This document shows, piece after piece, positions 17,484 to 24,000 of a stretch of DNA of 24,000 nucleotides (position 1 is the stretch's first letter; every line of letters starts with the position of its first letter). Origin of the DNA: Litchfieldia salsa (GTDB lineage: Bacteria > Bacillota > Bacilli > Bacillales > Bacillaceae_L); the NCBI RefSeq assembly GCF_900104555.1, contig NZ_FNJU01000011.1:126540-150539 (forward strand), read 5' to 3'. The notes under the pieces are model-generated. The model made no database searches. It was not told the DNA's origin and saw nothing but the letters and a program-made list of their open reading frames with translations. A program made the translations under genes and the position numbers.

Positions 17484-17891
17484 TTAGATTTCTTGATCAT
17501 ACGGTAATTCTTGTTTCTGGTTTTCAAACACGACACCAACAACATGAATATTCACTTCATCCACTTCTAGTGCAGTCATATTGAGTAAGGCTTGGCGGAT
17601 ATTATCCTGAATTTTCTGTGCCACGTTTGGAATTGAAATCCCAAAGTTCATTGCACAAAACACATCTACGATTACACCTGTTTCGGTAAGTTCTACCTTA
17701 ACACCTTTACCGTGATTTTTCTTGCCCAAACGTTCAACTACCCCAGCTGCAAAATTACCTCGCATTTGAGCGACACCTTCAACTTCTGAAGCAGCAATTC
17801 CAGCAATGACCTCAATCACCTCAGGAGCAATCTCAACTTTTCCTAAGCCATTATTCTCTTGATTCATTTCTAAGATATTATTTTCAGACAT
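17484..17891 (-). CDS. yqhY: Asp23/Gls24-family (alkaline shock protein-like) protein
   Basis: The ORF is 135 aa and includes KVEIAPEVIEVIAGIAASEVEGVAQM, which is typical of the Asp23 family. Its position between accC and nusB matches B. subtilis yqhY. Confidence 0.85.
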   Translation of the reverse strand: MSENNILEMNQENNGLGKVEIAPEVIEVIAGIAASEVEGVAQMRGNFAAGVVERLGKKNHGKGVKVELTETGVIVDVFCAMNFGISIPNVAQKIQDNIRQALLNMTALEVDEVNIHVVGVVFENQKQELPYDQEI

Positions 17892-17914
17892 TCAAAAGCA
17901 CCTCCTTCTATAGT

Positions 17915-19267
17915 TTACGACTTCATGACATCATATAATTCAAGAAATTTCGTATTAAATTGACCACTAACAAATTGTTCATGTTCCATCAATTTGATAT
18001 GAAACGGAATTGTCGTATGAATCCCTTCAATTACAAATTCACTTAATGCTCTTTTCATTCTAGAAACAGCTTCTTCACGTGTAGCACCATAAGTAATTAA
18101 TTTGGCAATCATTGAATCGTAGTACGGAGGAATTGTATATCCTGGATATGCTGCTGAATCAACACGCACACCAAACCCTCCTGGTGGTAGGTACATATTG
18201 ATTTTTCCTGCTGATGGCATGAAATTCTTTTCAGGATTTTCAGCATTAATTCTACACTCAATCGACCAGCCATTAAATTGAACATCCTCTTGTTTAAGAG
18301 AAAGTGTCTCACCTGAGGCGACTTTAATCATTTCTTTAATCAAATCCACACCAGTGACCATCTCAGTAACAGGATGCTCAACCTGAATCCTTGTGTTCAT
18401 CTCCATGAAATAAAATGTATCTTCATTATGATCATAGATAAATTCAATGGTTCCAGCACCTGAATAATTTACAGCTTTCGCTGCCTTCACAGCGGCGTCT
18501 CCCATTTTACTACGAGTTGCTTCACTGAGTACAGGAGATGGAGTTTCTTCAACTAGTTTCTGTAATCGACGTTGAATCGAGCAATCACGTTCTCCTAGAT
18601 GAATTACATTACCAAAGTTATCGGCCATTACTTGAATCTCAACATGGCGAAAATCTTGTATGTATTTTTCAATATAAACTCCAGGATTTCCGAATGCTGT
18701 GGCAGCTTCCTGCTGCGTGATATTAATGCCCTTAATTAAATCTTGTTCGTTATGTGCAACCCTTATACCCTTACCACCACCACCGGCAGTAGCTTTAATA
18801 ATGACAGGATAACCCATTTCATTTGCTAATTCAACAGCTGCAGTTGCATTCTCTACGATCCCTTGAGAACCTGGAACAATTGGTACCCCAGCCTCACGCA
18901 TGGTCTCTCTAGCAACATCCTTTGTACCCATTTTTGTAATTGCCTCTGGACTTGGACCAACAAAAATAATATTACACTCTCGGCAAAGCTCTGCAAAATC
19001 AGCATTTTCTGCAAGAAATCCATATCCTGGATGAATCGCTTGACTTTCAGTTAACTTAGCTACGGTAATAATGTTCGTGAAATTTAAGTAGCTATCCTTA
19101 GATGAGGTTGGTCCAATACAATAAGCTTCATCTGCTAATTGAACATGTAGTGATTCGCGATCAGCCTCTGAAAATACAGCTACTGTTTCAATTCCTAGCT
19201 CCTTACATGCTCTGATAATCCGTACCGCTATTTCTCCACGGTTCGCGATCAGTAACTTCTTTATCAT
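17915..19267 (-). CDS. accC: Acetyl-CoA carboxylase, biotin carboxylase subunit
   Basis: The ORF is 450 aa. It has an ATP-grasp fold and includes [27 protein letters not shown] and [14 protein letters not shown]. Confidence 0.97.
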   Translation of the reverse strand: MIKKLLIANRGEIAVRIIRACKELGIETVAVFSEADRESLHVQLADEAYCIGPTSSKDSYLNFTNIITVAKLTESQAIHPGYGFLAENADFAELCRECNIIFVGPSPEAITKMGTKDVARETMREAGVPIVPGSQGIVENATAAVELANEMGYPVIIKATAGGGGKGIRVAHNEQDLIKGINITQQEAATAFGNPGVYIEKYIQDFRHVEIQVMADNFGNVIHLGERDCSIQRRLQKLVEETPSPVLSEATRSKMGDAAVKAAKAVNYSGAGTIEFIYDHNEDTFYFMEMNTRIQVEHPVTEMVTGVDLIKEMIKVASGETLSLKQEDVQFNGWSIECRINAENPEKNFMPSAGKINMYLPPGGFGVRVDSAAYPGYTIPPYYDSMIAKLITYGATREEAVSRMKRALSEFVIEGIHTTIPFHIKLMEHEQFVSGQFNTKFLELYDVMKS

Positions 19268-19282
19268 ATTATTCGCTCCTTA

Positions 19283-19783
19283 CTATGCCTTAACAAGAAA
19301 TAGTGGTTGACCATATTCAACAAGTTGTCCATTCTCAACCAATACCTCAACAATTTCTCCAGCTACCTCTGCCTCAATCTCATTGAAAAGTTTCATTGCT
19401 TCAACAATACAAACAACTGTATCAGCACTTACTTTATCTCCAATATTTGCATATACTGGTGCATCTGGTGATGGAGACGAATAAAATGTTCCAACCATAG
19501 GTGAAGTAATTTTATGTAAGTTTTCTTTACCCGTTTCCTCTGATGGAGAAACCGGTGCAGTAGCTGATTGACTCTCCTTTTGAGATGCAGGAGCTGCTTG
19601 TGGCGTGTGTCCGACCATTGGTTGTGGAATTTGTTCAACAACTGTATTTACTGTCGGTTGTACAACAACTTCCTTTACTTTCTTCATTTTCAATTTTGAA
19701 CCTTCGTGTTCAAACGAAAATTCGTCAATGCTTGATTCATCGATTAATTTAATTAGTTCTCTAATCTCTTGTATTTTCAACAT
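19283..19783 (-). CDS. accB: Acetyl-CoA carboxylase, biotin carboxyl carrier protein
   Basis: The ORF is 166 aa with a Pro/Ala-rich linker. The biotinyl-lysine motif [12 protein letters not shown] is present. An AAGGAG RBS is present. Confidence 0.95.
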   Translation of the reverse strand: MLKIQEIRELIKLIDESSIDEFSFEHEGSKLKMKKVKEVVVQPTVNTVVEQIPQPMVGHTPQAAPASQKESQSATAPVSPSEETGKENLHKITSPMVGTFYSSPSPDAPVYANIGDKVSADTVVCIVEAMKLFNEIEAEVAGEIVEVLVENGQLVEYGQPLFLVKA

Positions 19784-19914
19784 GATCTTACACTCCTTAT
19801 TATAAGTAAAGAGACCCCTTCACACCAATCCAATGGTATGTATTTAGGTGGTCATACCACTCCATCATACTTTATATTTCAGTAAAATACTATCAAAAAA
19901 TATAACTGTTAGTA

Positions 19915-19931
19915 TTAGTACCACATACTAA
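19915..19931. promoter_or_regulatory. FapR-operator-like 17-bp inverted repeat
   Basis: The plus strand reads TTAGTACCACATACTAA. It has TTAGTA / TACTAA arms with a CC after the left arm. From memory this closely matches the FapR box (TTAGTACC...TACTAA type). It starts 1 nt downstream of the candidate -10 at 19938..19933. Confidence 0.35.
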
Positions 19932-19932
19932 C

Positions 19933-19961
19933 ATGATACGCTAGAGTGTAATCTCATTCAA
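19933..19961 (-). promoter_or_regulatory. Candidate sigma-A promoter for accBC
   Basis: The minus strand has TTGAAT (19961..19956), a 17-nt spacer and TATCAT (19938..19933). Confidence 0.4.
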
Positions 19962-19992
19962 GCGATAGTAGGATGTTTTTAAATATAAGTAA

Positions 19993-20001
19993 ATTATACC
20001 A
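19993..20001 (-). promoter_or_regulatory. Second candidate accBC promoter (extended -10 TGGTATAAT)
   Basis: The minus strand has TGGTATAAT at 20001..19993. The -35 (ATGAAA) is weak. Confidence 0.3.
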
Positions 20002-20129
20002 TATAATTAAAGCGTTTTCATTGGTTGATATTTGTTATTTGTGCTTTTTCTGTAGGTTCAAATCCCTAATTTAATAATTCATTCGGTATAACAAAGAATT
20101 GAGTTCGGTGTGTTGTTTATCACGGTTGC

Positions 20130-20412
20130 TTTTGTCCGATCGCGAGACCTCTTATTAGACAAATCCTTTGCTGGCACCGTTCGTTTTGTCCGATAGAGAC
20201 CTCTTATTAGACAAAACCTTTGCTGGCGCCGTTCGTTTTGTCCGATAGAGACCTCTTATTGGACAAAACCTTTGCTGGCACCGTTCGTTTTGTCCGATAG
20301 AGACCTCTTATTGGACAAATCCTTTGCTGGCGCCGTTCGTTTTGTCCGATAGAGACCGCTTATTGGACAAACCCTTTGCTGGCACCGTTCGTTTTGTCCG
20401 ATAGAGACCTCC
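20130..20412. repeat. Tandem array of a 52-bp unit, 5 full copies plus 1 partial, each carrying a 33-nt imperfect palindrome
   Basis: Unit starts are at 20130, 20184, 20236, 20288, 20340 and 20392. The consensus is TTTTGTCCGATAGAGACCTCTTATTGGACAAAACCTTTGCTGGCRCCGTTCG. The first copy is 54 bp (CGCGAG instead of AGAG). Only 1-3 substitutions separate the copies. Confidence 0.95.
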
Positions 20413-20554
20413 TACAAACAAGGCCTATATGCTTTCACAGTCCGATTTGTGTTTTTTAACTCTTATTTCACGATTTGCAACAAAAATATATAACAAAGTC
20501 TTTATAGAACAAGAGCGCACCCATGATTTGGATACGCCCTACGTTGTTGATCAA

Positions 20555-21148
20555 TTATTTTGAATCAAATGTAACGACTACATTTTGTAGGTCTTCCATT
20601 TCACTTCTTACAAGTCTGATAATTTCGTTTGCAGCCGTTTTTGAATTTTCTTCAGCTTTAACTGTAATTTTCACTTCAGAACCATCCGCACGTACTAGTG
20701 CATCTTCATAACCCTTACCTTTAATTAGCATTTCTAAGAATGTTTCTTTTGCACTAACTTCTTGTAGTTCACGCATTTCTTCATATGCTTTACTCTTTTC
20801 TTCTGCAGATACATCTTTAGATGCTACGCGTGCTTGTAAATCACTTCTTACCTGACTTCTATAATCCTCGATTTGCATGCGAAGCTCCGTGAACAACTCA
20901 TCACTTGATACAGCAGAAATGAGAGAGCCATCTTCAGCTTCTTCAACTGTCACATCAACGCCATCTTCTTTAGCAGCCTCTTCATTCACTTTTTCATCAG
21001 CCGCTGTCTCTTTTTCAACTTCAGCACTCTCTTGATCGAAAGCTACATTTTCAGTTGTGATATCTGGTGAAGTAATATAGTAGACTGACAGAACCACCAC
21101 TAAGCTTAACATTGTTAATAACCATACTGTTTGTTTTTTCAATAACAT
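20555..21148 (-). CDS. spoIIIAH: Stage III sporulation protein AH
   Basis: The ORF is 197 aa. It has an N-terminal TM segment (KQTVWLLTMLSLVVVLSVYYI), an acidic linker and a C-terminal YscJ/FliF-like domain. It is the last gene of the spoIIIA operon. Confidence 0.88.
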   Translation of the reverse strand: MLLKKQTVWLLTMLSLVVVLSVYYITSPDITTENVAFDQESAEVEKETAADEKVNEEAAKEDGVDVTVEEAEDGSLISAVSSDELFTELRMQIEDYRSQVRSDLQARVASKDVSAEEKSKAYEEMRELQEVSAKETFLEMLIKGKGYEDALVRADGSEVKITVKAEENSKTAANEIIRLVRSEMEDLQNVVVTFDSK

Positions 21149-21817
21149 TTATGAATCCCCCTTAGTTTTTTTGGGCATTACTGCAACTTTATGAGCCGGT
21201 ACATCCAACCCCTTTGTTACAGCTTCAAGCACCATTTGTTTTATTTTAATGTTGTCAGCACCTGCAGCTACGACGAGAACACTTCTTATCACTGGTTTTT
21301 CAATTTTAATGATAATTGGCTTCTCATCATTTTCTGTTCTGACGATGACAACTTGTTCATCCATGGATGTATCCTCTACGTTTCGTTCACCACCATTAGG
21401 GTCTTTCTCCTTTGTTGATTGGCTTTGTGTGATTGTATTTTTTTCGAGAACCTTTGTTTCTGTTGCATCTACATTCACAACTACGGTCACATCATCAACG
21501 CCAATGATGGTTTCTAATGCTTCTTTCAAATCATTTTCATATTTAGTTTCATATTCAGAGATTGCTAGTGATTCAACATTATCTTTTTGCCCAAATGTCT
21601 CAACTTCTCCTTGTGAACTCGTCTCCTTCAAAACTGGAATTGATGATTGAGTAGTAGTTTCCTTTGAAAAAAGATTGCCCACTAACATAAAGACAATTCC
21701 AGCTGCCAAAACGATGAGGATATATCGATTCTTCTTTGTCTTTTTGTCAGGCGGATTTTCATTTGATTGAAAAAATAATTTTTTCATTGAATCTATAAAC
21801 CCTTTATCTTTATCCAT
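21149..21817 (-). CDS. spoIIIAG: Stage III sporulation protein AG
   Basis: The ORF is 222 aa with a single TM segment (YILIVLAAGIVFMLVGNLF). The conserved C-terminus reads VRSVLVVAAGADNIKIKQMVLEAVTKGLDVPAHKVAV. Confidence 0.88.
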   Translation of the reverse strand: MDKDKGFIDSMKKLFFQSNENPPDKKTKKNRYILIVLAAGIVFMLVGNLFSKETTTQSSIPVLKETSSQGEVETFGQKDNVESLAISEYETKYENDLKEALETIIGVDDVTVVVNVDATETKVLEKNTITQSQSTKEKDPNGGERNVEDTSMDEQVVIVRTENDEKPIIIKIEKPVIRSVLVVAAGADNIKIKQMVLEAVTKGLDVPAHKVAVMPKKTKGDS

Positions 21818-21820
21818 TTC

Positions 21821-22441
21821 CTACTCTTTCCCTCCTTCCACAGTAACTTCAATCATTTCTGTGTGAATTTCCCATTCAGTAGATAAATAAGTAACAATAG
21901 GTTTGGTGTCCATTTGCTGATCCTCTATTTTTGGCTGTTTGGAGGTATCAATCACTACTGGCTTGATGACTGGGATCTCATTTGAATCACTTACATTTTC
22001 AGATAATACTACTTTGATAGAGGCAATATCATTATGAGTGGGTTCTTCACCAACTTCCTCTTTTAATGCAATATCCACCCGCTCTACCCCTAACTCATAT
22101 TTATCCATCAACTCCTCTTCAACTTGAGATTTCATTTGGACAGCCATTTGTTCTAAAATATATGCACGGTTTGAGGCTTGTATTTCTATTTTTTTCATTT
22201 CTATCAAATTTTCCATATTTTTTTCATCAGATACAGGTGTAACACTTATCGAAGAAAGCACTTTTTCAAAGTCCTTGGATAAAATACTAAACAATGGTGT
22301 TAAAATGATGACAATTAGAATAAGTCCGGTAACCATCTTGACGTATTTCTGCATGCTTGAATTTGGGAGGAGCATATCTATGATCGTCGCAAGCAAAATA
22401 AATAAAATAATATTTGTTATCCATTCTGTTAAAAAGTTCAT
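21821..22441 (-). CDS. spoIIIAF: Stage III sporulation protein AF
   Basis: The track ORF starts at GTG 22462. I prefer ATG 22441 (MNFLTEWITNIILFILLATIIDMLLP...), which is preceded by GGAGGGGGGG. That gives 206 aa. Confidence 0.88.
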   Translation of the reverse strand: MNFLTEWITNIILFILLATIIDMLLPNSSMQKYVKMVTGLILIVIILTPLFSILSKDFEKVLSSISVTPVSDEKNMENLIEMKKIEIQASNRAYILEQMAVQMKSQVEEELMDKYELGVERVDIALKEEVGEEPTHNDIASIKVVLSENVSDSNEIPVIKPVVIDTSKQPKIEDQQMDTKPIVTYLSTEWEIHTEMIEVTVEGGKE

Positions 22442-22484
22442 TCCATCCCCCCCTCCAGTCACTCAATCTAACAACTTAGAATAC

Positions 22485-23654
22485 TTACCTGACCATCATT
22501 GTGAGGTTACCAGCTGCAATGATTACTGTAATGCTTAAAAAGAACATAAGAGAAACAATCGCAAGTGCAGCAAAAATGTAGATTACACTTTTACTAATTA
22601 CATCTAAACAAGCAATAACTGGTCCACCACCAATCGGCTGAAGGAGTGCGGCAGCAATTTTATAAATAATCGCTAGTGACAAAACCTTTAAAGCTGGAAA
22701 TGCAGCTAGTAATAATAAAATCACCACGCCAACAATGCCCACTGTATTCTTAAGTAAAACTGATGCACTAATCACAGTATCTGTGGCATCTGTAAACATA
22801 CGACCAACAACTGGGACGAAATTACCTGTAATAAATTTAGCTGTCCTGATTGTGATCCCATCGGCTACCGCTGCAGATGCACCCTGAACAGAGATGACAC
22901 CAAGAAAGATTGTTAAGAATGCACCCAATAAACCGATGCTCACATTTCTAATTAATTGTGCAAGCTGTGTCACCTTGTAATGCTCACTCATTGTACTTAC
23001 AATACTTAGCAACGCAGATAAAAACAGAAGTGGCAGAATAACAAACTGGATCAGCATGCCACTTGTATTCATTAAGAATAAAATCAATGGATGGAAGAAT
23101 GCTGCAGAAGCTAGTCCACCAGAAGATGCAATCAATGCCAGCAATAACGGAACAAGTGCTAAAATAAAATTGGTCATCGTAGTAATCGCTTCTTCTGTAT
23201 ACATAATGGCTAATCGGAAGCTATTCAAAGCGATAATGATTAACACCATATATACAAGAGCATAAGCGACCTTGCTAACTGCACTCTTTTCAAAGGAATT
23301 CTGTAATGTTTGTAAAAAAGTACTAAATATCGTTAACATAATTAACGTACTAAGAAGTTTACCGTTAGCAATCAGTTCGTAAAATAGGTATTTAACAAAG
23401 CCAAGTAGCCACTCTTTTAGTGATAGTTTTTTTTCCCCACTAATAAATTCAACTAATGACCCTTTTTGACTTTCCGGTAACACGCCTCCGTACTCTGAAA
23501 CGACTTTTTCCCAGTAAAGCTTGATTTCATCTAAACCTAGATTTTCTATTTGTTGCTCAACAAGTGTTTCATCTTGGGGAGAAGCTTGTACTATCTGTGG
23601 TAAAAATAAGAGAACGAGAAAGATTATAAAAGTCGAGAGTCCAAATCGATTCAT
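22485..23654 (-). CDS. spoIIIAE: Stage III sporulation protein AE (polytopic membrane protein)
   Basis: The ORF is 389 aa with a signal-like N-terminus followed by multiple TM helices. Its operon position is between spoIIIAD and spoIIIAF. Confidence 0.9.
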   Translation of the reverse strand: MNRFGLSTFIIFLVLLFLPQIVQASPQDETLVEQQIENLGLDEIKLYWEKVVSEYGGVLPESQKGSLVEFISGEKKLSLKEWLLGFVKYLFYELIANGKLLSTLIMLTIFSTFLQTLQNSFEKSAVSKVAYALVYMVLIIIALNSFRLAIMYTEEAITTMTNFILALVPLLLALIASSGGLASAAFFHPLILFLMNTSGMLIQFVILPLLFLSALLSIVSTMSEHYKVTQLAQLIRNVSIGLLGAFLTIFLGVISVQGASAAVADGITIRTAKFITGNFVPVVGRMFTDATDTVISASVLLKNTVGIVGVVILLLLAAFPALKVLSLAIIYKIAAALLQPIGGGPVIACLDVISKSVIYIFAALAIVSLMFFLSITVIIAAGNLTMMVR

Positions 23655-23675
23655 TGTTTCACCCCTTAGGTATAA

Positions 23676-24000
23676 CTACCTTGGTATCAAATTTATAACC
23701 GTTTCGATAATTACGGTCAGGATTGGTATCGCCATTGCTAAAATAAGTATTTTTCCACCAAGCTCTATCTTGGAAGCAATGGCACCTTGTCCAGCATCCT
23801 TTGTAATTTGAGCACCAAATTCAGCTATATAAGCAATTCCAATAATCTTCAAAATTGTTTCAACATAAACCATATTTACATTTGCATTAATCGCAATTTT
23901 TTCAAGCATGCGGATAATGTCCGATATTTGATCAACTAGGAAGAGGAAGATCACACAACCGACAAATACCACTAACATGAAAGCAAAAGTAGGTTTTTGT
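23676..24000 (-). CDS. spoIIIAD: Stage III sporulation protein AD; the 5' end lies beyond the window
   Basis: The reading frame stays open upstream of Met 23978 to the window edge (...QKPTFAFMLVVFVG...). It contains IIRMLEKIAINANVNMVYVETILKIIGIAYIAEFGAQITKDAGQGAIASKIEL, which is near-identical to B. subtilis SpoIIIAD as I remember it. Confidence 0.92.
   Translation of the reverse strand, partial: QKPTFAFMLVVFVGCVIFLFLVDQISDIIRMLEKIAINANVNMVYVETILKIIGIAYIAEFGAQITKDAGQGAIASKIELGGKILILAMAIPILTVIIETVINLIPR

Noticed and set aside
19800-19868. 22-codon upstream ORF ([22 protein letters not shown]) just before accB
   Set aside because: There is no recognisable RBS upstream of its ATG. The region is better explained by leader RNA structure.
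20055-20065. GGTTCAAATCC resembling a tRNA T-loop, possibly a tRNA fragment or att site
   Set aside because: The flanking bases (GTAGG / CCCTA) do not form a proper T-stem. No acceptor, D or anticodon arms can be drawn, and no integrase or mobile-element genes are adjacent.
20130-20412. Possible CRISPR array (regularly spaced palindromic repeats)
   Set aside because: The segments between the palindromes are themselves conserved from unit to unit, so there are no unique spacers. The period is 52 bp with a spacer of only about 19 nt. No cas genes or leader are nearby. It is a simple tandem repeat.
21249-21650. 133-aa plus-strand ORF and many other plus-strand track ORFs (for example 1131-1490, 2505-2786, 542-805, 23521-23811)
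   Set aside because: All lie antisense to, and fully within, minus-strand genes with clear family signatures. They have low-complexity Ser/Thr/Phe-rich composition and no RBS, so they are shadow ORFs.
22442-22462. N-terminal extensions in the ORF track for spoIIIAF (GTG 22462) and xseA (GTG 16861)
   Set aside because: The extensions overlap the strong RBS sequences (GGAGGGGGGG and AAGGGAGGG) that are correctly spaced for the internal ATGs at 22441 and 16843. The shorter proteins align with the remembered B. subtilis N-termini.

Overview
The window looks like a chromosomal segment of an endospore-forming, low-GC Bacillaceae. It is almost collinear with the Bacillus subtilis spoIIIA - accBC - nusB - xseAB - ispA - dxs - ahrC - recN - spoIVB - spo0A - bkd region. 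Every large gene is on the minus strand, and only two small genes are on the plus strand. The main departure from the B. subtilis layout is a 696-bp ORF-free, G+C-rich, highly self-complementary block between ispA and a 205-aa four-TM protein that sits directly upstream of dxs. This is the context described for OLE (ornate, large, extremophilic) RNA and its membrane partner OapA. I call it OLE/OapA from synteny, length and structure. That system is already published but is still poorly understood functionally. Three other non-coding elements are not explained by the gene map. (1) A 52-bp hairpin unit is repeated six times in tandem between spoIIIAH and accB. (2) A 118-bp, about 62% G+C nested inverted-repeat element lies between two terminators in the spoIVB-spo0A spacer. 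(3) A FapR-operator-like palindrome sits over a candidate accBC promoter. I also see a textbook sigma-54 promoter (TGGCAC-N5-TTGCA) with upstream TGCAA-N4-TTGCA palindromes in front of ptb, and the same palindrome type occurs twice upstream of bkdR. All calls come from reading the sequence and from remembered family knowledge. No searches or folding programs were run.
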